A stretch of DNA of 64,000 bases from Paludibacteraceae bacterium (lineage in GTDB: Bacteria; Bacteroidota; Bacteroidia; Bacteroidales; Paludibacteraceae), in NCBI GenBank assembly GCA_018433525.1, contig JAHDRA010000012.1, forward strand, positions 52,588 to 116,587, written 5' to 3'. Position 1 is the stretch's first letter. Each line of letters starts with the position of its first letter. The position numbers were made by a program, and so were the translations under genes. Under the pieces are notes generated by a model. That model was not told the DNA's origin, did no database searches, and worked only from the letters and a program-made list of their open reading frames with translations. Shown here piece after piece: positions 37,136 to 49,032 of this stretch.

Positions 37136-37297
37136 TTTTTCTAAAATTGATTGTTATAATTAATTTATTCGGGTATCCACATTGTAAAAACTGCTTCAGC
37201 CGCCATTGCAGAGAGGAAAAAACTTGCAATGAATTTTTTAAATTTTTACCTGTCGGCATTACCCTTTTTGATTCATACAAAAAGTGGAAAATTGATA

Positions 37298-37687
37298 TTA
37301 TACTCTTCTCCTTTTGGGTGGACGACAACCATTATGTGGAAGAGGTGTAACATCAACAATCTCAGTTATTTCGATACCTATTCCGTTAACGGTTCGGATA
37401 GCTGATTCGCGTCCATTTCCCGGCCCTTTGACATAGGCTTTTACCTTACGTAAACCCAAGTCGAAAGCTATTTTTGCACAATCCTGAGCTGCCATTTGCG
37501 CAGCATAGGGAGTGTTTTTCTTTGAACCTCTGAATCCCATTTTTCCGGCAGAGGACCAAGAAATAACTTCACCATTTTCGTTGGTAAGAGAAATAATAAT
37601 GTTGTTGAAAGATGAATGAACGTGCAATTGACCTGCGGCATCCACTTTCACTACTCTTTTTTTGGCTGCAACTGTTTTCTTTGCCAT
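37298..37687 (-). CDS. rpsK: 30S ribosomal protein S11
   Basis: 129 aa with [18 protein letters not shown]...[10 protein letters not shown]. Confidence 0.97.
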   Translation of the reverse strand: MAKKTVAAKKRVVKVDAAGQLHVHSSFNNIIISLTNENGEVISWSSAGKMGFRGSKKNTPYAAQMAAQDCAKIAFDLGLRKVKAYVKGPGNGRESAIRTVNGIGIEITEIVDVTPLPHNGCRPPKRRRV

Positions 37688-37735
37688 AATTATTTATATC
37701 TTCTTTTTCTGATGATTATAATTTCCAGTTATCTG

Positions 37736-38116
37736 TTATTTGGTTGCTTTTTTCTTGTTTGCAACAGTTTTCTTCTTCCCTTTTCGAGTGCGGGCATTGT
37801 TTTTGGTGCTTTGACCTCTAACAGGTAAACCGAGACGATGACGGATGCCGCGGTAGCAACCTATATCCATCAATCGTTTAATGTTTAACTGAACTTCTGA
37901 GCGCAAATCTCCTTCTACCTTGTATTCGGAAGAAATTATCTCCCTGATTTTTGCGGCTTGTTCATCTGTCCAGTCTTTCACTTTTATGTCTCTGTCAACA
38001 CCGGCCTTACTTAAAATTTTATTTGCGCTGCTGCGACCAATTCCGAAAATATAAGTCAACGCAATTTCACCTCGCTTGTTTTGAGGTAAGTCTACTCCAA
38101 CAATTCTTATTGCCAT
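37736..38116 (-). CDS. rpsM: 30S ribosomal protein S13
   Basis: 126 aa, starting [27 protein letters not shown]. Confidence 0.97.
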   Translation of the reverse strand: MAIRIVGVDLPQNKRGEIALTYIFGIGRSSANKILSKAGVDRDIKVKDWTDEQAAKIREIISSEYKVEGDLRSEVQLNIKRLMDIGCYRGIRHRLGLPVRGQSTKNNARTRKGKKKTVANKKKATK

Positions 38117-38142
38117 ATTAAAATTTTTTTCATGTAAATTAA

Positions 38143-38259
38143 TTAACCCTGACGTTGTTTGAATCGGGGATTCTTTTTATTAATCACGTAAAGACGACCT
38201 TTTCGGCGAACGATTTTACAATCTTCAGAACGTTTTTTTATGGATGCTCTCACTTTCAT
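38143..38259 (-). CDS. rpmJ: 50S ribosomal protein L36
   Basis: Not in the track because it is under 60 aa. Manual translation gives [38 protein letters not shown] (38 aa), between infA and rpsM. Confidence 0.93.
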   Translation of the reverse strand: MKVRASIKKRSEDCKIVRRKGRLYVINKKNPRFKQRQG

Positions 38260-38275
38260 CTCTGATAGTATTTTT

Positions 38276-38494
38276 TTATTTGTATCTAAATGTAATTCTT
38301 CCTTTGGTCAAATCATAAGGCGATATTTCAACTTTCACCTTATCTCCCGGTAAAATTTTTATGTAATTCATCCTCATTTTGCCGGAAATATGGGCTGTAA
38401 TAATGTGACCGTTTTCAAGTTCAACACGAAACATGGCATTCGATAATGCTTCTATTATCGTACCATCCTGTTCTATTGCTGTTTGTTTGGCCAT
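38276..38494 (-). CDS. infA: Translation initiation factor IF-1
   Basis: 72 aa with [30 protein letters not shown]. Confidence 0.97.
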   Translation of the reverse strand: MAKQTAIEQDGTIIEALSNAMFRVELENGHIITAHISGKMRMNYIKILPGDKVKVEISPYDLTKGRITFRYK

Positions 38495-38499
38495 AAAAA

Positions 38500-39285
38500 T
38501 TAAATTGCTCTTTCTCCTAAAACTTGTTCAATGTATTCAAAACTTGATAGTATATCTGCTTTTCCCTGACGAATGGCTACGGCGTGTTCAAAATGTGCCG
38601 AAGGCTTTCTGTCCAGCGTTCGGGTAGTCCATCCATCTCTTTCAAAAACAATATGTCGTGTTCCCATATTAATCATGGGCTCTATGCAAATCACCATTCC
38701 GTATTTCAGCATTACGCCGTTGCCTTTTCTTCCATAATTCGGTACCTCAGGTGCTTCGTGTATCTCTCTACCCAGACCATGACCAACCATTTCACGCACT
38801 ACGGAATAGCCGCGTTGTTCACAATAACTCTGTACAGCATAACCAATATCACCAGTACGATGTCCTTCCTGAGCCTGCTCAATACCTTTATAAAGTGATT
38901 CTTTGGTTGTTTTCAGCAGATTGACAATCTGTTGATCTACTTCTCCAACACAGAAGGTATAAGCAGAATCGCCATGAAAACCGTTGATATAAGCACCACA
39001 GTCAATCGAAATTATATCGCCTTCCTTTAAAAAAACTTTATCAGAAGGAATTCCATGTACTATCTGTTCGTTTACCGAAGTACAGATGGAATTAGGATAT
39101 CCGTTATAATCAAGAAAACTCGGCACTGCACCATGATCACGAATAAATTCATCGGCTATTCGATCAAGTTCCAACGTACTGATTCCGGGTGTAATATGTT
39201 TTGCGAGTTCAGCTAACGTTTTAGCTACCAATTGATTACTGATTCTAAGTAATTCTATCTCTTCTTCCGATTTGAGATAAATCAT
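38500..39285 (-). CDS. map: Type I methionine aminopeptidase
   Basis: 261 aa with metal ligands in the contexts [22 protein letters not shown] and ICIEPM. Confidence 0.95.
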   Translation of the reverse strand: MIYLKSEEEIELLRISNQLVAKTLAELAKHITPGISTLELDRIADEFIRDHGAVPSFLDYNGYPNSICTSVNEQIVHGIPSDKVFLKEGDIISIDCGAYINGFHGDSAYTFCVGEVDQQIVNLLKTTKESLYKGIEQAQEGHRTGDIGYAVQSYCEQRGYSVVREMVGHGLGREIHEAPEVPNYGRKGNGVMLKYGMVICIEPMINMGTRHIVFERDGWTTRTLDRKPSAHFEHAVAIRQGKADILSSFEYIEQVLGERAI

Positions 39286-39302
39286 TTTTAATGTTATCTT
39301 AT

Positions 39303-40646
39303 TTAATAAGCAGAAACTCCACTTGTTCGTCCTTTGATACGTCCTGACTTCAATAATCCGTCGTAATGTCGCATCAACAAATGACTTTCAATTTGTTGCA
39401 AAGTATCCAACGTAACACCAACTAAAATTAACAGGGAGGTGCCTCCAAAAAATTGTGCAAAGGCATGGTTTACACCGAAAATACTGGCAAACGCAGGCAT
39501 AATGGCAATGATAGCCAGAAATATTGAACCGGGCAATGTAATTCTGGACATAATCATATCAAGATATTCAGCCGTCTTTTTCCCAGGTTTTACACCTGGA
39601 ATAAATCCATTATTACGTTTCATCTCTTCTGCCATCTGCGTTGGATTAATAGTGATAGCCGTATAGAAATACGTAAACAAAATAATCAGGATGGCAAAAA
39701 CAAAGTTGTACCAGAAACCTGTATTATCCATAAAAGCACCAACAAATCCCTGCATTGACTCGGATTTTGAAAATCCAACAATTGTAATGGGAATAAACAT
39801 GATAGCTTGAGCAAAAATTATCGGCATAACTCCGGCTGCATTAATTTTCAGCGGGATATACTGCCTTACGCCACCATACTGTTTATTTCCTACCACACGT
39901 TTTGCATATTGAACAGGAACTTTACGTGTTCCCTGAACCAGCATTATAGAAGCTCCGATAACCAGTAAAAGGAAAAGAATTTCTATAATAAACATGATCA
40001 GACCTCCGCCCACATCGGTCAATCGAGAGGCAAATTCCCTTACAATAGCTTGCGGCAGACGGGCAATAATACCGACTAAAATAATAAACGATATTCCGTT
40101 TCCAATTCCTCTGTCTGTAATTCGTTCACCAAGCCACATAACAAACATACTACCTGCACAGAGAATAATGGTAGAAGTTGCCTGAAAGAAAAAACCTGAT
40201 GGAAGTGCGGAACCAGCCTGCCTTAACTGAACACTTAAATTAATTAAATAAGAAGGTCCTTGCAAGAGAAGAATTCCTACTGTAAGATAACGCGTTATCT
40301 GATTCATTTTTCTTCTGCCACTTTCACCTTCACGTTGCATTTTTTGAAAATATGGTACTGCTATAGTCAGCAACTGAATAACGATAGAAGCCGAAATATA
40401 CGGCATAATTCCCAACGCAAAAATGGACGCATTGGCAAACGCTCCACCTGAAAACATATCCAATAAAGCAAGTAGTCCTCCGCTTGTTTGAGCTTTAAGA
40501 GCTGTTAATGCTCCTGCATCAATACCCGGAAGCACAACATAAGAACCAAAGCGATAAATCATGACAAACAATAATGTTGTCAATAACCTGTTGCGCAAGT
40601 CCTCTATCTTCCAAATATTTTTAAGTGTCTCAATGAGTTTATTCAT
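39303..40646 (-). CDS. secY: Preprotein translocase subunit SecY
   Basis: 447 aa, 10 TM helices, with the GIMPYISASIV motif. Confidence 0.97.
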   Translation of the reverse strand: MNKLIETLKNIWKIEDLRNRLLTTLLFVMIYRFGSYVVLPGIDAGALTALKAQTSGGLLALLDMFSGGAFANASIFALGIMPYISASIVIQLLTIAVPYFQKMQREGESGRRKMNQITRYLTVGILLLQGPSYLINLSVQLRQAGSALPSGFFFQATSTIILCAGSMFVMWLGERITDRGIGNGISFIILVGIIARLPQAIVREFASRLTDVGGGLIMFIIEILFLLLVIGASIMLVQGTRKVPVQYAKRVVGNKQYGGVRQYIPLKINAAGVMPIIFAQAIMFIPITIVGFSKSESMQGFVGAFMDNTGFWYNFVFAILIILFTYFYTAITINPTQMAEEMKRNNGFIPGVKPGKKTAEYLDMIMSRITLPGSIFLAIIAIMPAFASIFGVNHAFAQFFGGTSLLILVGVTLDTLQQIESHLLMRHYDGLLKSGRIKGRTSGVSAY

Positions 40647-40647
40647 C

Positions 40648-41097
40648 TTATGAAATTTTTACTGCCGTTCCACCGGCTCCAACAATTGCATTTTCGGCAG
40701 ATTTTGAAAAAGCATGAGCTTCAACATCTAATTTTACGGTCAATTTTCCGCGTCCTAAGATTTTTACCAACTGATTTTTAGATATAAATCCGGCTTGACG
40801 AAGATCATCGATCCCAATTTTAGATAATTGATTTTCTTGAGCTAAAATTTCTAAAGTATCGATATTGATTGCTTTATATTCAATTTTATTTATATTCTTA
40901 AAACCAAACTTGGGTAAACGTCTTTGAATTGGCATCTGCCCACCTTCAAAACCGATTTTGTGCGCATACCCCGAGCGAGATTTTGCCCCTTTATGTCCAC
41001 GTGTAGATGTGCCCCCCATTCCAGATCCAGAACCTCTACCTTTTCTTTTATTTGATTTTACCGAGCCTGCAGCTGGGGTTAAATTATGTAAATCCAT
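40648..41097 (-). CDS. rplO: 50S ribosomal protein L15
   Basis: 149 aa with KRKGRGSGSGMGGTSTRGHKG. Confidence 0.96.
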   Translation of the reverse strand: MDLHNLTPAAGSVKSNKRKGRGSGSGMGGTSTRGHKGAKSRSGYAHKIGFEGGQMPIQRRLPKFGFKNINKIEYKAINIDTLEILAQENQLSKIGIDDLRQAGFISKNQLVKILGRGKLTVKLDVEAHAFSKSAENAIVGAGGTAVKIS

Positions 41098-41126
41098 ATC
41101 TCCTTTTTATTAAAGATTAAAATTTT

Positions 41127-41303
41127 TTAATCGACTATCTTTACCAAATGTTTAACTTTCTCAACCATTCCCAAAATTTGTGGAGTCGCTTCATGTTCAA
41201 CAACATCATTGATTTTATGTAATCCAAGTGCTTCTAAAGTCAATTTTTGAACTTTAGGAGATTTTATTTTACTTTTAACTTGTTTAATTTTAATAGTTGC
41301 CAT
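41127..41303 (-). CDS. rpmD: 50S ribosomal protein L30
   Basis: Not in the track because it is 58 aa. Manual translation gives MATIKIKQVKSKIKSPKVQKLTLEALGLHKINDVVEHEATPQILGMVEKVKHLVKIVD. Confidence 0.92.
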   Translation of the reverse strand: MATIKIKQVKSKIKSPKVQKLTLEALGLHKINDVVEHEATPQILGMVEKVKHLVKIVD

Positions 41304-41315
41304 GATTATCTGAAA

Positions 41316-41834
41316 TTATCCATTAAAAACCTTATCCAAAGAAACCTTTCTGTTCTGAGCGACAGTGTATGCATCGCGGAGTTCGGAGAGGGCAGCAATC
41401 GTGGCTTTCACCAGGTTGTGAGGATTGGATGAACCCTTTGATTTTGCTAACACATCCGTAATACCTACACTTTCGAGCACTGCACGCATTGCACCGCCTG
41501 CAGTTACTCCGGTACCTGAAGAAGCTGGTTTGATAAAAACGCGCGCACCACCAAATTTTGCTTCCTGTTCGTGAGGAATAGTCCCATTCAGCACCGGCAC
41601 TTTGATTAGATTTTTCTTGGCTACTTCTGTTCCTTTAGCAATTGCTGCGGTAACTTCGCTTGCTTTTCCAAGTCCCCAGCCTACGATCCCATCTTCATTT
41701 CCTACCACCACAATAGCTGAGAAGCTAAAAGTTCGTCCTCCTTTGGTAACTTTGGTTACCCGATTGACAGCTACTAATCTGTCTTTTAATTCTAAATCCG
41801 TTGTTGTTTTTACTCTATTCATCATTTTTGCCAT
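41316..41834 (-). CDS. rpsE: 30S ribosomal protein S5
   Basis: 172 aa with [24 protein letters not shown]. Confidence 0.96.
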   Translation of the reverse strand: MAKMMNRVKTTTDLELKDRLVAVNRVTKVTKGGRTFSFSAIVVVGNEDGIVGWGLGKASEVTAAIAKGTEVAKKNLIKVPVLNGTIPHEQEAKFGGARVFIKPASSGTGVTAGGAMRAVLESVGITDVLAKSKGSSNPHNLVKATIAALSELRDAYTVAQNRKVSLDKVFNG

Positions 41835-41840
41835 ACATTC

Positions 41841-42182
41841 TTAAAATTTAAGACCGCCTTCACGAGCAGCATCGGCCAATTGTTTAACTCTACCGTGATA
41901 TAAATAACCATTGCGGTCGAACACTACTTCAGTGATACCGGCTTCCTTAGCAGCCTGAGCAATTAGAGCACCCACCTTACCGGCTTGCTCTTGCTTGGTT
42001 ATTTTTTCCTTAATAGCTAATGACGAAGCTGAAGCCAATGTTATTCCCTTTTCATCATCAATTAGCTGAACATAAATTTGAGCGTTGCTTCTAAATACGG
42101 TCATTCGGGGTCGCTGAGCAGTTCCAAAAATTTTTTTCCGTATATGAGCCTTTATTTTTTGTCTTCTGTCTAATTTTGTCAT
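41841..42182 (-). CDS. rplR: 50S ribosomal protein L18
   Basis: 113 aa with [20 protein letters not shown]. Confidence 0.96.
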   Translation of the reverse strand: MTKLDRRQKIKAHIRKKIFGTAQRPRMTVFRSNAQIYVQLIDDEKGITLASASSLAIKEKITKQEQAGKVGALIAQAAKEAGITEVVFDRNGYLYHGRVKQLADAAREGGLKF

Positions 42183-42203
42183 AACTTCACAAATTTACGT
42201 ATA

Positions 42204-42755
42204 TTATTTACCGGCTGATTTTCCTGCTTTTCTTCGCAGTACTTCACCCTGGAATTTAATTCCTTTTCCTTTATACGGTTCAGGTTTACGGAAAGAACGT
42301 ATTTTTGCACAAACCTGTCCCAAAAGCTGCTTATCGCAACTTTCCAAAATAATCAGCGGATTCTGATTACGTTCCGACTTTGTTTCTACCTTAACTTCGG
42401 GCGGTACTTTTAAAAAAATACTGTGCGAATATCCTAAAGCAAATTCCAAAACCTGACCCTGAGCAGAAACACGATAGCCTACACCTACCAACTCCATAGT
42501 CTTTTTAAAGCCATTAGACACTCCTTCAACCATATTGTTGATCAAAGAACGATACAGCCCGTGCATGGCACGATTTTCTTTCTCATCATCGATGCGGGTT
42601 AAAGTACAAAAACCATCTTTTACTTCAACTGAAATATTTGGATGAATTTGCTGACTTAAAGTTCCCTTAGGCCCGCTTACTGAAACCAAATTGTTTTTTA
42701 TCGTAACGTTGACTCCAGCCGGAATTTTTATGGGTAATTTTCCTATTCTTGACAT
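42204..42755 (-). CDS. rplF: 50S ribosomal protein L6
   Basis: 183 aa, starting MSRIGKLPIKIPAGVNV. Confidence 0.96.
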   Translation of the reverse strand: MSRIGKLPIKIPAGVNVTIKNNLVSVSGPKGTLSQQIHPNISVEVKDGFCTLTRIDDEKENRAMHGLYRSLINNMVEGVSNGFKKTMELVGVGYRVSAQGQVLEFALGYSHSIFLKVPPEVKVETKSERNQNPLIILESCDKQLLGQVCAKIRSFRKPEPYKGKGIKFQGEVLRRKAGKSAGK

Positions 42756-42773
42756 ATCATTTTCCTCCGCCTC

Positions 42774-43169
42774 TTAATAAACATAACATAAAACTTCGCC
42801 GCCAATTTTCAATTTGGCTGCTTCCTTATTGGTCATAACGCCACTGGATGTTGAAAGGATAGCTATACCCAATCCATTTAACACGCGAGGTATATCCTGG
42901 TATCCAACATATTTCCGAAGACCGGGTTTAGATACTCTGATTAATTTCTTTATTGAATTTACTTTGTTAACAGGGTCATATTTCAACGCAATTTTGATTG
43001 TTCCCTGTGGACCATCTTCAACAACCTTGTAATTCAGGATATAGCCTTGTTCAAATAAAATACGCGTAATTTCACGCTTTAAATTTGAAGCAGGAATTTC
43101 TACAACCCGATGGTTTGCTTTAATTGCATTTCGCAACCGAGTTAAATAATCTGCTATTGGATCTGTCAT
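42774..43169 (-). CDS. rpsH: 30S ribosomal protein S8
   Basis: 131 aa, starting MTDPIADYLTRLRNA. Confidence 0.96.
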   Translation of the reverse strand: MTDPIADYLTRLRNAIKANHRVVEIPASNLKREITRILFEQGYILNYKVVEDGPQGTIKIALKYDPVNKVNSIKKLIRVSKPGLRKYVGYQDIPRVLNGLGIAILSTSSGVMTNKEAAKLKIGGEVLCYVY

Positions 43170-43289
43170 AAATGTTTAAACTTTAAATTAATCTCGACTG
43201 CCGAGAGAATATTTAATATATGGTAAAATTCTAAATGTAATTTTTATAAACCGAAAAATCACTAATCCAGGATATTTTTGAAGGGAAAC

Positions 43290-43559
43290 TTACCAGCTCG
43301 CCTTCTTTACGCCGGGAATAAGTCCTTTTGAAGCCATTTCACGAAATACAATACGAGATACACCAAACTGACGGATATATCCTTTTGGACGTCCGGTAAG
43401 CTGACATCTGTTGTGCAAACGTACGGGAGAAGCATTCTTGGGTATGGATTGAAGCGCTTCATAATTTCCTTCGGCCAGCAACAGACTTCGCTTGGCCTCG
43501 TATTTTGCCACCATTTTGTTTCTCTTTACCTCTCGGGCTTTCATTGATTCTTTTGCCAT
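43290..43559 (-). CDS. rpsN: 30S ribosomal protein S14
   Basis: The track ORF starts at 43598 and overlaps the rplE end. I prefer the ATG at 43559 ([13 protein letters not shown]...), giving 89 aa that end KASW. Confidence 0.93.
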   Translation of the reverse strand: MAKESMKAREVKRNKMVAKYEAKRSLLLAEGNYEALQSIPKNASPVRLHNRCQLTGRPKGYIRQFGVSRIVFREMASKGLIPGVKKASW

Positions 43560-43572
43560 TTTTATTCCTTTT

Positions 43573-44118
43573 TTAATTTTTTTTGAATGGTAAACCAAAC
43601 TCTTTTAAAAGAGCAAATCCTTCTTCATCAGTTTTTGCGGTAGTAACAAAAGTTATGTTCATTCCCAGTAATCGACTAATGGAATCGATATTGATTTCAG
43701 GGAAGATAATTTGCTCCGTAATTCCCAATGTGTAATTTCCACGACCATCGAGTTTGTTTTCTATTCCCTTAAAGTCACGAATACGGGGAAGGGCAACTCG
43801 AATCAGACGTTCCAAAAACTCATACATTCTGTCCCCACGCAAGGTTACTCGAACGCCAATGGGCATTTTTTTTCGAACCTTGAAATTTGAAATATCTTTT
43901 TTGGAAACGGTTGCTACGGCTTTTTGTCCAGTAATGGTCGTCATCTCATTGATTGCGGTATCAATAATCTTCCTGTCGGCAACGGCAATACCCAACCCTT
44001 GATTAAGAACAATTTTTTCCAACCTGGGAACCTGCATCACCGATTTGTAAGCAAATTCCTTCATTAAAGCCGGAACAATTCGTTCTTTGTATTCCTGTTT
44101 TAAACTTGCTGTATTCAT
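43573..44118 (-). CDS. rplE: 50S ribosomal protein L5
   Basis: 181 aa. Its operon position is conserved and it has [17 protein letters not shown]. Confidence 0.96.
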   Translation of the reverse strand: MNTASLKQEYKERIVPALMKEFAYKSVMQVPRLEKIVLNQGLGIAVADRKIIDTAINEMTTITGQKAVATVSKKDISNFKVRKKMPIGVRVTLRGDRMYEFLERLIRVALPRIRDFKGIENKLDGRGNYTLGITEQIIFPEINIDSISRLLGMNITFVTTAKTDEEGFALLKEFGLPFKKN

Positions 44119-44120
44119 TC

Positions 44121-44432
44121 TTAAATTTCCTCTCCTGTCTTTTTTGAAATTCGAACTAATTTACCTTCATTATTCAGTTTTCGACCAACACGCACCGGTC
44201 GACCATTTTCTACCGGATTTAAATTGGAAATATGAATGGGCGCTTCTTGTTTAACAATACCACCTTGTGGATATTTGGCATTGGGTTTCATGTTTTTTGA
44301 CACCAAATTAATGCCTTCGACAATAGCACGTTGTTCCTTAACAAGCACTTCCAATACGCGTCCGGTTTTACCTTTGTCTACTCCCGTATTTACGTAAACT
44401 ATATCGCCTTTTTTAATATGTAACTTCGTCAT
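44121..44432 (-). CDS. rplX: 50S ribosomal protein L24
   Basis: 103 aa with the KOW motif [19 protein letters not shown]. Confidence 0.96.
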   Translation of the reverse strand: MTKLHIKKGDIVYVNTGVDKGKTGRVLEVLVKEQRAIVEGINLVSKNMKPNAKYPQGGIVKQEAPIHISNLNPVENGRPVRVGRKLNNEGKLVRISKKTGEEI

Positions 44433-44454
44433 CTCTATATAAATTTTTCTTATG

Positions 44455-44820
44455 TTAAAGCACTTCCGGTGCCAAAGAAATGATTTTCATATTGGTGGCA
44501 CGCAACTCACGAGCTACCGGTCCAAAAATACGACTCCCACGAAGTTCACCAGCATTGTTTAACAATACACACGCATTGTCATCAAAGCGTATATATGAAC
44601 CATCAACACGTCGAACTTCTTTTTTTGTTCGAACTACTACTGCTTTTGATACCATTCCTTTTTTAATGTCTGATGAAGGTATTACACTTTTTATTGAAAC
44701 GACAATGGTATCCCCTACTGTTGCATATCGCTTGCCGGTTCCGCCTAAAACTCGGATGCACAAAGCCTCTTTGGCTCCGCTATTGTCGGCAACGAGAAGT
44801 CTTGTTTCTTGCTGTATCAT
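44455..44820 (-). CDS. rplN: 50S ribosomal protein L14
   Basis: 121 aa, starting [18 protein letters not shown]. Confidence 0.97.
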   Translation of the reverse strand: MIQQETRLLVADNSGAKEALCIRVLGGTGKRYATVGDTIVVSIKSVIPSSDIKKGMVSKAVVVRTKKEVRRVDGSYIRFDDNACVLLNNAGELRGSRIFGPVARELRATNMKIISLAPEVL

Positions 44821-44822
44821 AA

Positions 44823-45080
44823 TTATTTGGCTCTTTCTATTATTTCAGTCAATCTCCATCTTTTTAACTTACTCAGCGGACGAGTTTCCATAATGCTGAC
44901 GGTATCACCTATATTGCATTCGTTTTTTTCGTCGTGAGCATAATACTTTTTGGTTTTATTTACAAATTTACCGTAAATAGGGTGTTTTTCTTTCCACCTT
45001 ACAGCTACAGTTATGGTTTTATCCATTTTGTTGCTGGTAACTACACCAATTCTTTCTTTTCTTAAATTTCTTGTTTCCAT
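44823..45080 (-). CDS. rpsQ: 30S ribosomal protein S17
   Basis: 85 aa with [16 protein letters not shown]. Confidence 0.96.
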   Translation of the reverse strand: METRNLRKERIGVVTSNKMDKTITVAVRWKEKHPIYGKFVNKTKKYYAHDEKNECNIGDTVSIMETRPLSKLKRWRLTEIIERAK

Positions 45081-45094
45081 CGGGTGTACTTAAT

Positions 45095-45289
45095 TTATTG
45101 ATTAATTTCTCGCAGACGCAATTCTGTAGCAATACGTGCAATATTTCTACGAACAACTTTTATTTGCATTGGATTGTCCAATGGACTGATCGAATGATTT
45201 AGTTTTAAACGAACTAAATTTTCTTTTTCAGTTTCTAATCGTTCCAATAGTTCTTTGGTGCTAAGTTCTCTGATTTCTCGCGTTTTCAT
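45095..45289 (-). CDS. rpmC: 50S ribosomal protein L29
   Basis: 64 aa, in the conserved position between rplP and rpsQ. Confidence 0.93.
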   Translation of the reverse strand: MKTREIRELSTKELLERLETEKENLVRLKLNHSISPLDNPMQIKVVRRNIARIATELRLREINQ

Positions 45290-45292
45290 TTT

Positions 45293-45727
45293 TTACAAAT
45301 TTTGATCTGTGAGATCATAATCTCTTCTTACTACAAATTTTGTTATAATGGGCAATTTTTGAGCACCTAAACGTAATGCTTCTTTTGCAACGGCATAGGG
45401 TACTCCATCCACTTCTATAATTATCCTGCCAGGCGTTATTGGAGCAACAAAACCTTCGGGAGAACCTTTACCTTTTCCCATACGTACTTCTGCAGGTTTT
45501 TTGGTTATAGGTTTATCGGGAAAAACACGAATCCAAACCTGACCCTGACGTTGCATATAACGAGTTACAGCAATACGTGCAGCTTCTATTTGTTGTCCGG
45601 TCAACCAAACTGTATCCATAGATTTGATACCAAATGATCCGAAAGCCAGTTGATTCCCGCGCTGCGCATTTCCTTTCATGCGCCCTTTCTGCTGTCTTCT
45701 GTATTTTGTTTTTTTAGGTTGTAACAT
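45293..45727 (-). CDS. rplP: 50S ribosomal protein L16
   Basis: 144 aa, starting [19 protein letters not shown]. Confidence 0.97.
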   Translation of the reverse strand: MLQPKKTKYRRQQKGRMKGNAQRGNQLAFGSFGIKSMDTVWLTGQQIEAARIAVTRYMQRQGQVWIRVFPDKPITKKPAEVRMGKGKGSPEGFVAPITPGRIIIEVDGVPYAVAKEALRLGAQKLPIITKFVVRRDYDLTDQNL

Positions 45728-45751
45728 GATGCCTTATATCAAATTATATTT

Positions 45752-46504
45752 TTATTTTTTCTTTCTTCTGGAAGAATTTTTATTTCCATGATCGCCTCCC
45801 GAGTGGTGGTCTCCCGAACGACGTTCGGTACGTGAGCCTTCTTTTTGTCCTGTAACATAGGAAGGAGCCAAATCGCGCTTACCGTAAACTTCGCCTCTGC
45901 AAATCCACACTTTTATGCCTATCAAACCTACTTTTGTCAAAGCTTCGGCGCAAGCATAATCAATATCGGCTCTGAAAGTATGCAACGGTGTTCTGCCTTC
46001 CTTGTACATTTCCGAACGTGCCATTTCAGCACCGTTCAAACGACCGGAAACCTGAACTTTGATTCCTTCTGCTCCCATTCGCATGGTAGAAGCAATAGCC
46101 ATTTTTACGGCTCTTCGGTATGCAATTTTTCCTTCCAGCTGATGAGCAATGTTACTGGCAACTATCACTGCATCAAGTTCTGGGCGCTTGATTTTGAAAA
46201 TATTGATTTGAATTTCCTTATCGGTAATTTTCTTCAATTCTTCCTTTAACTTATCTACTTCCTGTCCTCCTTTACCGATAATGATACCGGGACGAGCCGT
46301 GCAAACTGTTATGGTTACAAGCTTAAGGGTTCGTTCGATAATGATTCGGGATACACTTGCTTTGGATAGGCGGACATTTAAATATTTTCTTATCTTACTG
46401 TCTTCGAGCAAGGTGTCGCCATATTTTTTCCCACCGTACCAATTTGAATCCCAACCACGTATAATTCCCAAGCGATTGCTTATTGGATTAGTTTTTTGTC
46501 CCAT
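45752..46504 (-). CDS. rpsC: 30S ribosomal protein S3
   Basis: 250 aa, starting [20 protein letters not shown]. It has a basic, Gly/His-rich C-terminal tail. Confidence 0.97.
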   Translation of the reverse strand: MGQKTNPISNRLGIIRGWDSNWYGGKKYGDTLLEDSKIRKYLNVRLSKASVSRIIIERTLKLVTITVCTARPGIIIGKGGQEVDKLKEELKKITDKEIQINIFKIKRPELDAVIVASNIAHQLEGKIAYRRAVKMAIASTMRMGAEGIKVQVSGRLNGAEMARSEMYKEGRTPLHTFRADIDYACAEALTKVGLIGIKVWICRGEVYGKRDLAPSYVTGQKEGSRTERRSGDHHSGGDHGNKNSSRRKKK

Positions 46505-46512
46505 TGAGCTAT

Positions 46513-46926
46513 TTAAATTTGATTTGTATCGTTATTATTTCTTGAATCCACATATAAAGTAACGTGATTGGAACGTTTGCGAATACGATAACCGCGTCCT
46601 TGCGGAGCCGTACGTAATCTTTTTAACGTAGTTCCTTCATTCACATATACTTTGCTTACAAACAAATTAGCATTATCGGCTTTTTGTTCGGTCTTGATTT
46701 CCCAATTGCTGATGGCCGATTTAAGTAATTTCTCCATTCTGCGAGAAGCTTCCTTTGATGAAAATTTCAACACACTTAAAGCCTTATTTACTTCCATTCC
46801 TCTGATCATGTCGGCAACAAGCCTCATTTTGCGCGGAGAAGTAGGAACGTCATTCAACTTAGCGAAATAGAGCGTTTGACGAGCTTCTTTTCTTCTATCA
46901 GCAGATATTTTTTTTCTAGCACCCAT
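46513..46926 (-). CDS. rplV: 50S ribosomal protein L22
   Basis: The track start at 46935 is a TTG. I prefer the ATG at 46926 ([15 protein letters not shown]...). Confidence 0.94.
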   Translation of the reverse strand: MGARKKISADRRKEARQTLYFAKLNDVPTSPRKMRLVADMIRGMEVNKALSVLKFSSKEASRRMEKLLKSAISNWEIKTEQKADNANLFVSKVYVNEGTTLKRLRTAPQGRGYRIRKRSNHVTLYVDSRNNNDTNQI

Positions 46927-46969
46927 TTTTACCAATTTTTTTAATTTTCTAACTTACTGCTTCAATGGT

Positions 46970-47236
46970 TTATTTTTTCTTTCCTGCATGTCCACGGAAA
47001 GTACGCGTCAGTGCAAATTCACCCAGTTTGTGTCCAACCATGTTTTCGGTGATATACACCGGAATAAATTTGTTTCCATTGTGAACAGCAATAGTATGAC
47101 CTACAAAATCAGGCGAAATCATGGAAGCACGTGCCCATGTCTTGACAACGGTTTTCTTTCCGCTTTCATTCATGTCAAGTATTTTCTTTTCAAGTTTCAG
47201 ACTGATATAAGGTCCTTTTTTTAATGAACGGCTCAT
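46970..47236 (-). CDS. rpsS: 30S ribosomal protein S19
   Basis: 88 aa, starting [18 protein letters not shown]. Confidence 0.97.
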   Translation of the reverse strand: MSRSLKKGPYISLKLEKKILDMNESGKKTVVKTWARASMISPDFVGHTIAVHNGNKFIPVYITENMVGHKLGEFALTRTFRGHAGKKK

Positions 47237-47258
47237 ATTGATTTACTTCATTATTGAA

Positions 47259-48083
47259 TTATTTTTTCCTTCTTTCAATTATGTACTTGCTGGACTGCTT
47301 TTTGGGATGACGTGTTTTGTACCCTTTAGCCAAAAGTCCTTTGCGCGAACGAGGATGACCACCGGAAGCACGGCCTTCTCCACCACCCATTGGGTGATCT
47401 ACAGGATTCATTACAACACCTCTCACGCGAGGACGTCTACCCAACCAACGGGAGCGACCTGCCTTACCCGATTTTTCCAGCGCATGGTCTGAATTTCCTA
47501 CACTTCCTACAGTGGCTTTGCATGCACCAAGAATTTTTCTGACTTCTCCCGAAGGCAATTTTATAATGACATATTTATCTTCACGGGAAACCAACTGAGC
47601 AAATGTACCTGCTGAACGGGCTATTGCGGCTCCCTGACCGGGACGAAGTTCTATATTGTGAACTATCGTTCCGAGCGGAATGTTTTCCAAAGGAAGTGCA
47701 TTACCCACTTCAGGTGCTACATTGCTGCCCGAAATAATTTTCTGACCTACCTGCAAACCGTTGGGAGCTAAAATGTATGATTTTTCTCCATCTGCATAAT
47801 AAAGCAGTGCGATGCGTGCCGAACGGTTGGGATCATATTCAATAGCCTTCACTGTAGCCGGGATTCCATCTTTTTTTCTGGTAAAATCGATAACTCTGAA
47901 TTTCTTTTTATGACCACCACCAATATAACGCATGGTCATCTTACCATTATTATTTCTTCCACCGGTCTTACGTTTTCCGTAAACCAGGGATTTTTCCGGT
48001 TCTCTTTTCGTAATAGTGTCAAACTTGCTAATAATTTTATTTCTCTGCCCCGGTGTTGTGGGCAATAATTTACGTACAGCCAT
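47259..48083 (-). CDS. rplB: 50S ribosomal protein L2
   Basis: 274 aa with [15 protein letters not shown]. Confidence 0.97.
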   Translation of the reverse strand: MAVRKLLPTTPGQRNKIISKFDTITKREPEKSLVYGKRKTGGRNNNGKMTMRYIGGGHKKKFRVIDFTRKKDGIPATVKAIEYDPNRSARIALLYYADGEKSYILAPNGLQVGQKIISGSNVAPEVGNALPLENIPLGTIVHNIELRPGQGAAIARSAGTFAQLVSREDKYVIIKLPSGEVRKILGACKATVGSVGNSDHALEKSGKAGRSRWLGRRPRVRGVVMNPVDHPMGGGEGRASGGHPRSRKGLLAKGYKTRHPKKQSSKYIIERRKK

Positions 48084-48092
48084 TTTAGTTTT

Positions 48093-48383
48093 TTAAATAT
48101 TGCTAAAAAAATCGATTTCTTCTCCTTTTTTTACAGTAACAATAGCTTTTTTATAAGCCGGTCTTTTCCCTGATATTACTCCACTCTTTGTATAGCGGCT
48201 CCGTTTTTTGGAAGGAACAATCATTGTGTTGACATCAACTACCGTTACGTTGTACATGGTTTCAACAGCCTGCTTAATTTGCAGTTTATTGGCATCCTTC
48301 TGTACCTTAAAGCCATAGCGATTGAACTTGTCGCCAAGCTTTGTCAATTTTTCTGTTACCAATGGTTTTAATATGACTCCCAT
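48093..48383 (-). CDS. rplW: 50S ribosomal protein L23
   Basis: 96 aa, in the conserved position. Confidence 0.94.
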   Translation of the reverse strand: MGVILKPLVTEKLTKLGDKFNRYGFKVQKDANKLQIKQAVETMYNVTVVDVNTMIVPSKKRSRYTKSGVISGKRPAYKKAIVTVKKGEEIDFFSNI

Positions 48384-48397
48384 TTCTATATTCCTCC

Positions 48398-49030
48398 TTA
48401 TTCTACTTTAAAAATTTGCTCCAAAATAGTAACCGATCCTTCCGTCAATACAAGAGTTTTTGCATTGAGTACATTGTAAGTGTTTAGTTCAGAAGTCGTT
48501 ATTACATTTATTGAAGGTAAATTACGAGCCGACAAATATACGTTTTTATTTGCACTTGATAAAACAATTAAAGGCTTTTTATCAGCAACTTGTAAATTTT
48601 TAGCCAATTCGAGCATTTTTTTTGTTTTCGGAGCTTCAAATTCAAAATTTTCAACTACGGTAATTGCTCCATTTTTGGCTTTATAAGAAAGAGCAGATTT
48701 GCGAGCCAACTGTTTAACTTTTTTATTCAACTTGAAGCTGTAATCGCGTGGAACCGGACCAAAAACACGTCCGCCACCAACTCTGAGAGGAGATTTAATA
48801 TCGCCCGGACGAGCACCGCCTCCGCCTTTTTGTCTTCCCAATTTACGGGTGCTGCCCGAAATTTCGCTGCGGGCTTTAGCTTTATGCGTTCCCTGACGTC
48901 GGTTGGCCAAAAATTGTTTTACATCCAAATAAATAGCATGGTCGTTCGGTTCAATGCCGAAAATAGCATCATTCAACGACACTTTTCTGCCGGTGTCTTC
49001 TCCTTTGATATTTAATACACTTAATTCCAT
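48398..49030 (-). CDS. rplD: 50S ribosomal protein L4
   Basis: 210 aa with [19 protein letters not shown]. Confidence 0.96.
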   Translation of the reverse strand: MELSVLNIKGEDTGRKVSLNDAIFGIEPNDHAIYLDVKQFLANRRQGTHKAKARSEISGSTRKLGRQKGGGGARPGDIKSPLRVGGGRVFGPVPRDYSFKLNKKVKQLARKSALSYKAKNGAITVVENFEFEAPKTKKMLELAKNLQVADKKPLIVLSSANKNVYLSARNLPSINVITTSELNTYNVLNAKTLVLTEGSVTILEQIFKVE

Positions 49031-49032
49031 GA

